Source: Coniocarpon cinnabarinum (lineage: Eukaryota). Taken from it: 64,000 nt of DNA. Both the position numbers and the translations under genes were made by a program. The notes beneath the pieces are model-generated. The model searched no databases. It was given only the letters and a program-made list of their open reading frames with translations, and was not told where the DNA came from. Location of the stretch: NCBI GenBank assembly GCA_051942205.1, contig JAVECO010000119.1, positions 1-64,000 of the forward strand. Direction: 5' to 3'. This document shows positions 48,470 through 60,795 of this stretch, piece by piece (the first letter of the stretch is position 1; every line of letters begins with the position of its first letter).

Positions 48470-49372
48470 CTATCTGTGGAGAAGATTGACATTGAATCTG
48501 GAGCGGGTGGTAGGTCCCTTTCGCTTCTGCCAACGAATGTGGTTCATGCCAATGTATAGGTCGTGGTGTGGGGTTCCATAGCACGACTCGACTCGATCCC
48601 ACGCGGGCATCTGACAGACGTCGTAGTGCTCACGCACAGGTCCATGCAAGTCTCTCTCGGCATTGTTGGCTTCCTCTGCGGTCGTCTGTCCCGCGTCGAT
48701 TGCTGGCGTCAACTCCTGAATCCTCCACATGCCAAGATCTGAACACAGGAAAGGAGGCCAAGCGGTGAGCTGCGCGAGAGGAAGATTCCGCATAGTCCGA
48801 AAGCAGAAGAGGATGGTGTCCTCGCCGCAGAGACCGAGCGCCTCCGTCGTGTTGCCCATGACATGAAAGTGCAGCGACTCGACCAGCGTCTTGTCTTGGG
48901 GTTTGTGGAGCGGGTCGAAAACGTACAGCTGGACGCGGCGGGGACGCGCCAAACGTCCGAAGGAGGAATTGAGCGCTCTCGCGACTAGGATGGGTAACGC
49001 CATGTAGACAAGGCGCGCTGCGAGGGGAGGTCTGGTCCGGGTCGTGGGCTGCGTGTATGATTCCCAAGGTGAGCCGCCTGAAATCCAGACAAGCTTGTGG
49101 ATTCCAGAGAAGGCGCTGCGATTCTTGTTGATATATTTGAGGAGAGCCTGCTTGACGGGGTAATAAGCGGTGTTGTTGGGGTCGTCAAACTTTGCGAGCA
49201 CGTCACGCAGTGCGGATACGATGGGCGTGAGCTGCGGGTCGATGGATCGACGAGCAGGACCCTCAAGAGGCGCTAGTTGATTGCATAGGGCCTGGAAAAA
49301 GCTCTCCAAGGAACTCTCAGTAGAAGAGTTGTCCGAGCTACCCGAGGCAGGTCCACGCGTGGATGAAGACAT
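48470..49372 (-). CDS. Hypothetical protein, weak SRR1-like domain
   Basis: ~300-aa ORF. LYVFDPLHKPQDKTLVESLHFHVM...ALGLCGEDTILF resembles fungal SRR1-like segments from memory only. Confidence 0.5.
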   Translation of the reverse strand: MSSSTRGPASGSSDNSSTESSLESFFQALCNQLAPLEGPARRSIDPQLTPIVSALRDVLAKFDDPNNTAYYPVKQALLKYINKNRSAFSGIHKLVWISGGSPWESYTQPTTRTRPPLAARLVYMALPILVARALNSSFGRLARPRRVQLYVFDPLHKPQDKTLVESLHFHVMGNTTEALGLCGEDTILFCFRTMRNLPLAQLTAWPPFLCSDLGMWRIQELTPAIDAGQTTAEEANNAERDLHGPVREHYDVCQMPAWDRVESCYGTPHHDLYIGMNHIRWQKRKGPTTRSRFNVNLLHR

Positions 49373-50427
49373 GGTTCGAGAGAGTGCGTGGATTTCTGCG
49401 CAACGCGAGAGCGTGTGTGTCAACGAACATGTTAAGTACCTTCTCACCTATCTTCAAGGTAACGTGGCGTTGTTCATGATGTGTTATGTTGACAGCTCAC
49501 CGCAGTGCGATGTTAAGTACTTGCCAGAATGGGCTTGAATTATGTGAAAATATGACCGTTCTGGGCTGCACTGGCTTTGGTGTAGAAAACTGTACTCAGA
49601 GTCGGGACTACATTTACTAAGAGACCAACCATGACATAGATGCTTCGTCCCCGTCTCGACAAGACTAGCTGTAAGTAGGAAGACTGCAGGATCTCAATGA
49701 GCTGTCAACCCGACGTCATTCAAAATGCAAACACCCAAGTCTCGAGATGGAAGGCGAACCGAGCGATACATGAAGTCACATTAGACAAATAAATCTGTCA
49801 AGGAGAGACTGTGTCGGATGATGTGAAAATTTCAGTATGTTGCGCGATAGTTCTACGGTGCTACCGCTGTTGATCAAGGCACTCCTAGCGCCGCAGCCTT
49901 CTTCTCTGCCTGACGCGTTCAGCATGAAGGAAACGGAGCATGTGCAGAGCTGTGGCAGTAAGGCCCATGTTTTTCTGTTGATCGACAACAGCGTGGCGTA
50001 GGATTTGATCAAAGCAGCGTGGCAGGAGCTTTCCGTGTGAATGTTGAATATAGGGAAAAACCTGCGCTCAACATATGAAAATTTTGCATCGGGCATCTTA
50101 ATTAATTTGTCTCCTGGGAGACGAGTGAGAGTTGCTGGAGCCGCCTTAGACTGTGCGCGAGGAATGTAATTCAAGCTTGACAAAGCAAATATACAGTCTC
50201 CGTGGACAAGATTCTCATGATCATTTATCTCTATGCAACAGCAACCACGAGCGCAAACCAAGTCTAATTCGAATGATGTAGACGCCGTCGCTGTGCATGG
50301 CATCACTATAATATCCAAAAGGGCTGTGCGAAACCTTGTTCAATACGCGTCTCATCCAAACCTCACCTACAGCCAAATCTGTCAAGGGAACAGACCCAGG
50401 TGTTTGCTTCTGGTGGTCAACGTAGAG

Positions 50428-53400
50428 TCACACGCTTTCCAGATTCTTCTTCAGCCCGGTTTTGAACTTTGCAAATCTTGACTTCCAGCTCGCTCCCCCA
50501 CGCGTGTCACCGCTCGCCTTTCGCACACTGCCATTGCGCTGCAACCGTCGCGATCCGGTGCGCTGTAGGTCGTTAGCTGAACTCTTCGAGCGGACACCGC
50601 TCTTCGCAGAGCCAACCATGTTGCCAACGGATGGTATGCTTCGTAAAGGAGAGTTGGCCATGAAGCTCTTTCGCTTGCTCTGGGTGACGGCAGTCCCTGG
50701 TCGCGACCCGGTTCGGCCGTTTTCGTGTCCACTCGCTGCTTGCGGCTGCGATGTCTCCATGCGGTCGCTGACTGGATCACCAAGCTCATCTTTTGTCCCA
50801 TGTGGCGAATGCGCTCCATGCGGTCCCGGAGCATTAGTGCTTATACTGACACTTATTGGCCGACCTTGTCCAGTCGGCACACCACTCACGTATCCGCTAA
50901 CAGGCCTGCTTCGGCGACCCCCCGTGTCTTCGTCGACAGTGTTTAGCATCAGACTGCTGGCCCACGGACTGGGCATGTTGTTTGTTCCCCTTCTGTGAGC
51001 ACCGATGGCCGCTCGCGGTGCCGAGGAAAAATCGGAACGGACAGAAGAGACTGAGCCTGATGCTTGTCGACGATGGAGACTTGCAAGCTGTGTCGGCGAA
51101 GGTGCTGCAGCCGACTCGGGCCTAGGCAGGGAGGGAAACGCAGATGGCGGCGTGCGAGGCCGTTCGAGTGGCTGTGATACTGATCGCGTATTGGCAGGTC
51201 GAAGCTGTGTGTATATAGAGAGTGGACGTTCCAATAGTGATTTCCGCCGGTTTGCAATAGGGCGAGAGGTGTCTGATGGTATGCTATCCGCGGAAGGTGA
51301 ATGTGCAGAGTCTTTGGGAGCAGATGTACGAATGCTCTTCTCAGTAGCGGCCTCGTGTGTTGGCAATGAAGGGGTGGCATCATCGCTGGTGTGACGAGCA
51401 TTTGAAAAACCAAAGATTGACTTGCGTACATTACGCGCGTTCTCCATCCAGGTAAAAGCCCGACGGGAATGCGGGCGGGCTCGACGGGTAAATTCAACGC
51501 CTTTGGACGCCAGCTGCTCCTGGTTCTGCTCCCTGGAATCCGCCAATGCGCCATCTTGAGACTCACTGAGCAGGAGATTGGGCGTGGAAGCCGACTTACG
51601 TGCTGGACTCCGCTCAGGAACCTTGGGTGGTCTCAGTGTTTGCTTCAGTGCTTCAGGCAGCTCCTTGTCAGTCTCCTTTTCATATTGAGGTGGTGGCGGA
51701 ATCCAGTTATCGGCATCGCTTTCGTCCGGAATTTCGCCCCTTCCTGAAGAATCGCGGATGCGAGGCCTGGGGTCAATGGGCATGGAATGAGGTCGTTCTC
51801 TGCGTGCTTCAGCAGCCGTTCGCTGTCTCACAAGCGTCCCTTGCGGCCTTGGCTCGGACGGCACATAAGGTCCATCTAAATGCTGCTCCTCTGGCGAAAT
51901 GCTGTCCATCGCGTCTTTTTCGTTCGCTGATAAAGCCTTCCCAAGGCTTTTCCGAGTTATGGTTTTCTTTGCCGAAGTTACGGACCGAGCAAGGGGAACA
52001 TTACGCGGATTGTCGCTGAGACGGCTGCTGTATGTCTGGCGAGCGAGAGCGAGGTCCGTATCGCTTGCAGTTGTGCCTTCCTCCAAAGATACTGCAATTT
52101 CGTTTGAGAAATCCAAGAGCTCATCTGCGCAATCTGCGGGGTTGGACTCGGAACCAAACGCGAAATCAATTATACGGAGGAGACCAGTATCGTTGTGCGC
52201 TTCTGTGACAGATTGTCGGTGTTTGCCTTTACTATCTTTTGATCCGGCAAGTATGAGCCGCTGCGTTTGAGGCGCACCTTTGGCATGGCGCAGAGTGATC
52301 CATTGAGACGACACACCTCGTTCTGTGGCTGCGATCCATCTCTCATGTCCCTGCCTGGCGCTGTCCATCGTCTCGCAACGATATGGATCAGGGACGAATG
52401 GGATCCAATGCTCGTTAGTAGGACCGTGATCGAGTTGTAACGAAACCGTTTCCGTTCCTTGTCCATTAAAGTGAAACGCCGCCAGACATGCATCCAACGT
52501 GCACGTGGGTAACGTTGCGCTGGATGCAACGTTTTCGGAACTGGCCTTGAGAAGTGTTTTAACGAACTTCATTTTGTGGAGATCCAACAATCCAAACGTT
52601 TCTGCAGGCCCATCGTAAGCAACTACACAAGTGTCATCATTCGGTATGGCCGCTGCACATGAGGTTTTACCGAAAGACGAAGGGAAAAGCGGTTGAGAGA
52701 GCCAAGTTTGCGCTGAAGTAGCTGTTTCAGCGTCACTGTCCAAGTGGCTAGGTAGTGGTGATGGCGCGTTGATGAGAGTGGTGGTCGAGTCGACGTCACG
52801 AGTGTTTGTGCCTAATAAAAACGAGGCATTATCTGCGAAGCGCAAGTGGCTGATTGGCTCACAAGCAATCTTTCGACGCGTCGCTGCTCCTCGCACCTCA
52901 TCCAAAGCAAAGAATTCGATGCCGCGGGGCTGAGCCGCTGCGAGGAGTGATCCGTCAGGAGTAAGGGCCAACGCGGCTGCCGCCTCATGAAGCAGATAGG
53001 TATGGACCAGTTGCGCCGATCGATTGTATATCACATACGTTTGGATGCGCCATTCCGGTGCCAGCATGATCAGCGTCCGACCGTCTTCTGATATCTCAAC
53101 GGAAGTCGGTCGCCGTTGCAACGCGAAAGTAGCAAGCGTCATGGGCGTTGCCAGACTCAGATCCAATATGTACATCTGCGAGCTGTTGCTGGCGACGAGC
53201 TTGGACCCGCGTGGCGAAAAGGCGAATGAGAAGTTCTCTCCGTGGGGAACAGCCGAAGACGAGACAGTCGAGGGTGTAGACAAACGATACGTTTTCTTCT
53301 GCGGACGATATGGTGCGAAAAGATTGCGCCTCGATTCATAGCCAAACATGCGCTTGAGATCTGAGAGCTCCATACTCTTGTAGTCCGACCATCTTCGCTT

Positions 53401-53777
53401 CCGCTGGTCTTCATCCTTGACGACGCACTTCGCAAGATGGAATGCGTATAAGAGCGTCGAGTTGGTTTTCTGTCGCCAATGCCGATTGAGCACAGACAGG
53501 GAAGCGAACGTAGGAGGATCAACCGTTATAAGGAGACTGCACACAGCGCTTAGTGTCTGACTCTTCTAAAATGCTAGGGCCACAAAGCTTACAGTTCCTG
53601 TACCGAAGCTGGGAGTCGGTTCAAGGCAGATGCGGCACGCGGCTTAGGACTCTCTGGCGCATCGTGAAACTCGGGCTCAGCTGAATGATCTTGGGCGGCG
53701 AAGAGGAGCACTTCTTCAGCAAGTGAAGTAGGCATGGCCGGGAAAGGCTCCTGAAGTTGGGTGACTGCACTGGTCAT
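50428..53777 (-). CDS. F-box protein with WD40-like beta-propeller and disordered C-terminus, 2 exons
   Basis: LNRLPASVQEL|LLITVDPPTFASLSVLNRHWR (F-box), repeats FAFSPRG, VEISEDG, LALTPDG and LRFADNA, then a S/R/P-rich tail with PPPQY. Confidence 0.8.
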
Positions 53778-54656
53778 GATGGAACAAGATGCTGTGGGTC
53801 AGAGAGGAGATTGAAAGATGATTTGGCTAGACTGTCGTCTACATCGCTTGCTCAGGCAAATTGTGGGTTCGTTGCAGTGCCAGCTCTAAGTGAGGATCTC
53901 GTCAGACGCCTGAACCAAGGCAAGGTGCTTCTGTGAACGAGCGACGTCGAGCCAACGCAGCGTCACAAGCACCGAGGTAGCAAAGTCAACGAGATAGCCA
54001 GTGCAAGAGCAGCTAAGTGGAGAGCCGGGGTAGCTGGCCGGCTGGTTAATGGAGGAGCAGTCGGTTTGAAGACGCGGCCCTAGGTGTGGTCTAATCAGTA
54101 CCTCAGAACTAGTCTGGAATTAATACCTAGCGCACTGCCGCAAGTCCGTCTTGGCAGGTAGAAGGAGCCTCAAGGACCCAGCCGCGTGGAGTTCAAATGC
54201 GGTTCGGCTTGCGATTTGGAACATCCATGGCAGAGATTGTGGGTGAAGTGTCGGTGCGACTGAGCTGTCTTGGTTTCTACATTGAGCGACAGAGCGAAAG
54301 AGCCTACCTAGTAAGCTGTTGAGGGCTGGATGCCTGGTTGAAGCGTTGGTTTCGTCATACGTAGTTGGCCATTTACCTAAATTTGGCTGAGACCCTGACC
54401 GCCCCGCCAGCCTCGTAAGGCCAAGATGGCTTCTACCTACCGTGGACAGAGGTAGGTACCTAGGTATGTTCGAAGCAAGAGGTAGGGTCGGGAATCGAGG
54501 CACACACAGGCTCGGATGGATTGAATGCTGAATGTTTTGGTGTCGTGGCTGCAAAAGTGTGTGAGTGAGCTCAGGTCACCACCCTAATAATTTAGCATTT
54601 CGCGCTGCAAAGACTCGTCAGGTAGCTCAGTAGCCGGTAGCTTGGTCTCTGATATC

Positions 54657-54687
54657 CACCTACCCACCCACCCACCTACCTACCTAC
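54657..54687. repeat. Short (CCCA/CCTA)n tetranucleotide microsatellite
   Basis: cacctacccacccacccacctacctacctac. Confidence 0.7.
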
Positions 54688-55047
54688 AAATAGGCAGATA
54701 TTCAGGTGGCGTGCTCGCATGAGCTGTGGTGAGGTCGGTACAGCCCGTATAGCATCGGCACACGAGACCTTGCACAAAGTCAATGTCGAGTTTTGAATGG
54801 AAACCAGCACTCAAGCCTTGCATGGTGGCCGTTCGTCCTTTTATAACATGCACATGGAAGATTTGGGAGTTGGGAAGTGATCGGTGAGTCGAATGTGGGG
54901 GGATGGATCGCATGCAAGCTAGTAGTACAAGAACAGTGCTGGTCAGTCTCAACTTGTGACCACACACCAGATCAACGAAACATCATGATGCCTCTACACG
55001 GTCATGTAGAACTTTGACCCGGGCGGAGAAGAGCGGGCGACAAGCTT

Positions 55048-56140
55048 CTACTTTCTCCTGTTGCCACTCATGCCGAGAATCTGGACCATGCGGATGAAGA
55101 TGTTGATGAAGTCGAGCTCAAGGCTGACAGACTCATTCACCACATCCTTGCGCATCATCCCCCGCTCAGCATATCGCGCGTGAGCCAGTATCTTTTGTAT
55201 GTCGTACAGCGTGAAGCCACCAAAGACAGCTAAGCCGCCATATAGCCATATGTTTTCCGTCCACATCAAAGTCCTCGTGGCGGTGGCGGGTATGACCAAG
55301 GGCGCAAGACCAGACAGTGCAACGACAGCAACGCCAGCGAGAAGCGGCGCTCCCAGGTACAAATACTTTTCTTGCTTGGCTGTAGCACCGACAAAAGCGA
55401 TGCTGCCCATCATGCCCAAAGTGTATAGACCAGCTCGGGCAAGCAGCGCTGGCTGGATGAACATGAGTGGACTGAGGACGGCGGCCTGAGTGATGTTGAA
55501 TGCTGCCCAAAGACCGTACTTCTGGATATAGTTGTCAGGATTAGTATAGAATGTACCCATCATGGTTCCAATAGATGCGGCAATACCGCCACCCATAACA
55601 AGCCACGGGTTTGCAGCCATGAGACGAATCGACCAGCCACTAGTATGAAGAGCGCGGGCAGCGACTGCGATGATTCCAAGTCCGAGTCCGGTGTGCATGA
55701 AGGTTTCATTGAGATAAGAACGTTCAAAGGGCGGCATGCCACCATCTTCACGTGTCTCGCGGTTGAACACCCTGAAGCTAAAGTTAGTCAAGACATGGGA
55801 AGAGGCATCTAAAGGAGTCTCACAAATTGATCGCAAGCAGGGTGCCTCCGAAAATAGCGCCACCGTAGATGAGCTTCTGCCTTACATCGCCAGTATTCGC
55901 TTGAAAGCCAGGAGCTTGCTGCGAGATCGTACGTCGCGAATTTGGTTCGAAAGCGCTGCGAAAAGCATTCTGGAAGATGGCGTTGCGGCCCTTGAATAAA
56001 GCGAAGCCCCCGGATACAGATGAGGATTTGAAAGCGGTGTTTGAGGTGCGGTGAAACGCGCGGAAAACGGTCGTGGACGGGTGTGAGAGCTGCTTGACGC
56101 CAGATGCGACGGCATATGGACGTCGAAGTAATGTAGCCAT
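55048..56140 (-). CDS. Bax inhibitor-1 family mitochondrial protein (GHITM/MICS1-like), 2 exons
   Basis: R/S-rich presequence MATLLRRPYA, FNRETREDGGMPPFERSYLNETFMHTGLG, ARAGLYTLGMMGSIAFVGATAKQEKYLYLG, SVSLELDFINIFIRMVQIL. Confidence 0.92.
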
Positions 56141-56438
56141 GAGGACTATCTGCGTGCGATGAGGAAGGATGGAAGTCAAAGAAAGAGTGAAAAGAAGCCT
56201 CCTTGTAGGTAGAATCAAGATACGATGAGGGAGCAGCGAGTCACGTGACTATGCCATTCCAGAGGTTCCTTCCCCACTCGAGAATTGGTACCTTGCTGTG
56301 TTGACATTCGTCCTCTCTTTACCTGCAGTGCAACGGACCGGTGTTCGTCGAGAGATCTCTGTCTCTCGTCGCTCTGAGAAATACGGTTTGAACTTGATCT
56401 GGGTAAATCCAGCGATAAGGACTCGTTGCACGCGCAAG

Positions 56439-58001
56439 ATGTCTTCCTCGAGGGGCAAGACCAGCATGGACGTAGATCCAGAGATGGGCCCGCGTAGCGA
56501 AGGCGAGCCGATGCATGAGATCGAGACAGCAGCTGTGACTCACGAGCTCGCATTCAACGCCCGTGGCAAGCAATGGATCCAGAAACATGGGCACATCTTA
56601 GCTGGAATGAATCTCGAAACTAGAGGTATCCGACGGGTGGAGCCCAGCGAACGACATTCTACCAAGGCCTTAGGATACACCCAAATTTCAGTCCTCTGGT
56701 TCTCCATCAATCTAGCTGCCAACAACATTACACTTGGCATGCTTGGGCCAACGGTATTCCACCTCAGTTTTTCCGACGCTGCGCTCAGTGCAGTCTTTGG
56801 CATGCTTGTCGGATGTCTTCCCGTGGCTTACATGGCTACCTTCGGGCCACGCTCTGGTCATAGGACACTCGTGTTCGCGCGCTATATCATGGGCTACTGG
56901 CCAGCCAAACTCATCGTCGTGCTCAACCTTATCGTTTTACTGGGTTATGCGCTCATCGATGCAGTCGTCGCTGGACAGATCCTTTCTGCTGTTTCTCCCA
57001 ACGGTGGTCTCTCGGTTGTAGTGGGAATCATCATTGTCGCAGTTGCCACTTGGGCAATTACCACCTTCGGTTATCGCATCTTTCACTTTTACGAACGCTA
57101 TGCATGGATACCCCAGATTGTTGGTTTCAGCATCTTGGCAGGCGTTTCAGGGCCTCAGTACGATATGGCAGCGCCTTCAGAAGGGAGCACTCGGACGCAG
57201 ACCGGCGACAGGCTCTCTTTCTTCAGTCTGTGTCTGTCAGCTGCTATTACCTACGCTGGGGCCGGCGCTGACTTTTTCGTGTACTACCCTGAGGAAGCTC
57301 CTCGTTGGAAAGTCTTTGTAGCCACTGTAGCTGGGCTCGCTCTGAGCTTCACCTACGCATTTCTCGTTGGCATTGGGCTGGGATCAGGCGTGGCGGTGGA
57401 TACAAGTTGGGCAAGGGCATACGATACCTCTCAGGGGGCTCTTATAGTGCAGGGTTTCGAGCCACTCGGTACTTTTGGTCATTTCACTAGCGTCGTGGTC
57501 GCGCTGGGCCTCATCGCCAACATTATGCCTCCAGCATATTCGTCCGGCATCGACTTTCAAATCCTGGGCAAAGCATTCGCTTTGGTGCCCCGGGTGGTCT
57601 GGAACCTCGTCGGCGTCATTATCTTCACCGTCTGTGCTCTTGCCGGGCGAGAACACCTGGCTGCAATATTTACAAATTTTTTGGCTATCATGGGCTACTG
57701 GCTGTCGATATTCATTGCAATTACGCTTGAGGAGCATCTCGTGTTCAGGCGACGTCGAGGGTTTGACTGGGCGGCCTGGGACAAGCGAGAATCACTTCCT
57801 GTTGGTGCAGCGGCTCTGGCGGCATTCTTGGTTGGATGGGTGGGTGCCATCATTTCCATGGCTCAAGTCTGGTACATTGGACCACTTGCAAAGCTCGTCG
57901 GTGACTATGGTGCCGACATGGGCAATTATGTGGGATTTTCTTGGGCAGCGCTGGTCTATCCGCCTTTGAGATATGCCGAGCTCAAGAAGTTTGGTCGCTA
58001 A
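56439..58001 (+). CDS. NCS1 family purine-cytosine/vitamin permease (Fcy2/Tpn1-like)
   Basis: ETRGIRRVEPSER, LWFSINLAANNITLGMLGP, FGPRSGHRTLVFARYIMG, about 12 hydrophobic segments, MAQVWYIGPLA, YPPLRYAELKKFGR. Confidence 0.92.
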   Translation: MSSSRGKTSMDVDPEMGPRSEGEPMHEIETAAVTHELAFNARGKQWIQKHGHILAGMNLETRGIRRVEPSERHSTKALGYTQISVLWFSINLAANNITLGMLGPTVFHLSFSDAALSAVFGMLVGCLPVAYMATFGPRSGHRTLVFARYIMGYWPAKLIVVLNLIVLLGYALIDAVVAGQILSAVSPNGGLSVVVGIIIVAVATWAITTFGYRIFHFYERYAWIPQIVGFSILAGVSGPQYDMAAPSEGSTRTQTGDRLSFFSLCLSAAITYAGAGADFFVYYPEEAPRWKVFVATVAGLALSFTYAFLVGIGLGSGVAVDTSWARAYDTSQGALIVQGFEPLGTFGHFTSVVVALGLIANIMPPAYSSGIDFQILGKAFALVPRVVWNLVGVIIFTVCALAGREHLAAIFTNFLAIMGYWLSIFIAITLEEHLVFRRRRGFDWAAWDKRESLPVGAAALAAFLVGWVGAIISMAQVWYIGPLAKLVGDYGADMGNYVGFSWAALVYPPLRYAELKKFGR

Positions 58002-58547
58002 TAAGCGCGATGTGCGGAAGTCTTAATGTATGACTTGGCATGATTCATCGTGACTGAAAGTGTAGATAGCTAGTCTAGAAAATGTGATGCTATTGACTGT
58101 CTGCAGTATGCTGAGCGCGACATGTGATGAAATGAACCGCACCAAAGTAAGAGCCTCCACATACTGTAAGTTGAGGAAATTACGTGTTCTCGCTTGTGCC
58201 TCGCAAGCTCTGCTTAGTCGTCAGCTGTCGGGAACTCCATCTCTTTCCGTGCTCGGATCTGAAGACGACTGGAGGACAGTGTATGGGGGTCCTAAGACCT
58301 TAACAATCAAGCTCGCGCGAAAAAGCAGGAGTCAATGCATGCGAACAGTCACCACCCAGTCGCACAGCGATCATGACTCAACTGTTGCCAAGCGTTGCTC
58401 AACCCTCGAGAATTATACACCAACGCTCCGTGTCTGCGCTCAAACCACTACGGTATTGTTCGACCGAGTAGGACTGTGCATGAAATCAATCGTTAGGTTG
58501 AAGATTTATAGATATAGTTGCACACCGTACCAATCTCACTCACAACC

Positions 58548-60590
58548 ATGGCCAAGAAAGATGCCAAAGCCAAGGCCGCAGAAAGGAAAGCCCGTGCTGC
58601 CGCAAAACAGTCCAAGAAAACGGCCAAGTCGACCGCGAAAGCGTCGAGAAAATCGCACGGCGCTGACACCGACTCCTCAGACGACGAGAGCGTTGATCTT
58701 GACGCCGTCCTCGCATCATACGCGGCACAGCAGGAGCGCTTCCTCGCCGTTTCAGAGACGCCATGTGAGCCTCCATCGGTGCGTGGATCCCCAACATTGC
58801 TGGCAAATCCGCAGAATGGACGGGAGTTGTTGTTGTTTGGAGGCGAGTCTTTTGACGGGTTGCTGGCCCGATTTTTCAATGACCTGTTCGTTTACAACAC
58901 AAAGCGGGACACTTGGGCATTGGTGAGTAGTGCAAATGCGCCTTTAAACCGCAGTGGCCATGCATGGTGCGCGCATCCGAACAGCAAGCTGGTATACTTG
59001 TTCGGCGGGGAATTCTCGAGCCCGAAACAGGGCACGTTCTATCACTATTCTGACTTTTGGTGTCTGGACCCAGGAAATAGAGAGTGGACGAAAATCGAGC
59101 CTCGGGGTAAGTCACCCAGCGCTAGGTCTGGTCATCGTGTCGTGGGCTGGAAGACTTACGTGTTACTCTTCGGCGGCTTCAGGGATACCAGCGGTGGGAC
59201 GACGTACCTGAACGATACCTACATCTTTGATACGGCAAATCAGGTCTGGCATGCCCCGATCCCGCCTTCAGGTACGCAGCGACCAGATCCTCGTAGCAGC
59301 TTCAGCTTCCTACCGCACGAGCAGGGCGCTATGTTGTTCGGCGGTTACTCTCGCGCAAAGAAAGTAGCACGATCGAGAACAGGAGCTAGTAAGGTCACCG
59401 AGCAACCCATTATGCATCAAGATGTATGGATGTTGCGTGTGTCCCAGGCTGCGTCTGCTAGTGACCCACCAAGCATTAGATGGGAAAAGCGCAAGAGGCC
59501 AGCAAATGCGCCGAATCCGCCGCGTGCAGGTGCGACGATGACAAGTCATAAAGGAAGAGGCGTTGGCTTTGGCGGCGTGTGGGATACCGAGTCTAGCGAG
59601 GAGCGACTGGAAAGCGAGTTCTTCAACGACTTGAGCGTCTGGAATGTAGAAAGGAATCGATGGTTTAACTTGAATCTTCGAAGGCCTAAAGCAAAGAGAG
59701 GCGACGGCGCCGAGAAGACAGGCCGAGCAGCGAGAAAGAGACAGGGCGATGAAGAGTTGCTAGATAGGTTGAAACAACTTGAAGCGGAAGACGAGACAGA
59801 AGAGGAACAGGGAAAGGAGACGGTACCGAGTGACGGAGAGGAGCAAGGAGGGGCATCCGTGGAAAAGCCAGTCATGTGGGAAATGCCCCATCCCAGATTC
59901 AACGCACAATTGGCCGTGCAGAACGATGTGCTGTATATCTACGGCGGCACATACGAAAAGGGTGACAAGGAGTTCATGTTTGATGAGATGTGGATGACGG
60001 ACCTGGGCAAACTCGACGGATGCCGACAGATATTCAGGCGTGAGATACCGGCGTGGGGTGAAGAAGAAGCTGAGGAGGAGGAGGGCGAGGAGGAGGAAGA
60101 AGAAGACGAAGAAGCAGAGGAAGAGCCCGAAATTAGCAGCGATGAAGCAAGCATGGAAGATGCAGAGATCGGGAATGACCTAGAATCAACGACTGATACA
60201 ACTGCACGCTCGGAGATCTTGTCTACACCTGCTACTTCCGTGTGTCAAGATCAGGACGACCAGATACCTACCCAATACTCCTTAGTCGAGGACCACCTCC
60301 CACATCCACGTCCTTTTGAGTCTCTCCGGGGCTTTTATGCGCGCACAACCATACAATGGCAAGAACTGTTGCAGACTGAACTCGGCCATTCTAAGCTCAC
60401 CACAGACAAATCTGTCAAAGAAATCAAAAAGCTTGCATTTAAGAGGGCAGAGGATAGGTGGTGGGATTGTCGTGAGGAGATTCAAGCGCTTGAGGCCGAG
60501 CAAGAAGAAGCCGGCATAGGCGAAGTGGTCAACTTGCAGGAGAAGACGGGTAACCGCGGCACAGACACGGCTACTGGGCGACGGAGATGA
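58548..60590 (+). CDS. KEL3: Kelch-repeat protein Kel3/KLHDC4 with acidic tract and C-terminal DUF4110-like region
   Basis: LFGGEFSSPKQGTFYHYSDFW, PSARSGHR, FGGFRDT, PHPRFNAQLAV, PHPRPFESLRGFYART, WWDCREEI. Confidence 0.9.
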   Translation: MAKKDAKAKAAERKARAAAKQSKKTAKSTAKASRKSHGADTDSSDDESVDLDAVLASYAAQQERFLAVSETPCEPPSVRGSPTLLANPQNGRELLLFGGESFDGLLARFFNDLFVYNTKRDTWALVSSANAPLNRSGHAWCAHPNSKLVYLFGGEFSSPKQGTFYHYSDFWCLDPGNREWTKIEPRGKSPSARSGHRVVGWKTYVLLFGGFRDTSGGTTYLNDTYIFDTANQVWHAPIPPSGTQRPDPRSSFSFLPHEQGAMLFGGYSRAKKVARSRTGASKVTEQPIMHQDVWMLRVSQAASASDPPSIRWEKRKRPANAPNPPRAGATMTSHKGRGVGFGGVWDTESSEERLESEFFNDLSVWNVERNRWFNLNLRRPKAKRGDGAEKTGRAARKRQGDEELLDRLKQLEAEDETEEEQGKETVPSDGEEQGGASVEKPVMWEMPHPRFNAQLAVQNDVLYIYGGTYEKGDKEFMFDEMWMTDLGKLDGCRQIFRREIPAWGEEEAEEEEGEEEEEEDEEAEEEPEISSDEASMEDAEIGNDLESTTDTTARSEILSTPATSVCQDQDDQIPTQYSLVEDHLPHPRPFESLRGFYARTTIQWQELLQTELGHSKLTTDKSVKEIKKLAFKRAEDRWWDCREEIQALEAEQEEAGIGEVVNLQEKTGNRGTDTATGRRR

Positions 60591-60795
60591 AGAAATTTGT
60601 TTCGTTCTGCGGTCTCTGCTGTCGGCAAGCCTTGTTCCACTGCTGAGCGTCCCATGTCCTACAGCGCGTCTGCTGACTGATACGAACGAAACAATCAGCT
60701 CCTTAGAGTGGCCAAACAGACTTTCAACTCGAGATATTTCGCATGAGCCCCTTCCCTATTGTACGCAGACTTTTCACCGTACAACCAAGTCAGCG

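Noticed and set aside
49776..50318. 180-aa minus-strand ORF
   Set aside because: Atypical composition, lies in the probable 3' region of the F-box gene, and no motif recognised.
58084..58926. 280-aa ORF overlapping KEL3
   Set aside because: Alternative frame over a well-supported gene, with a non-ATG start.
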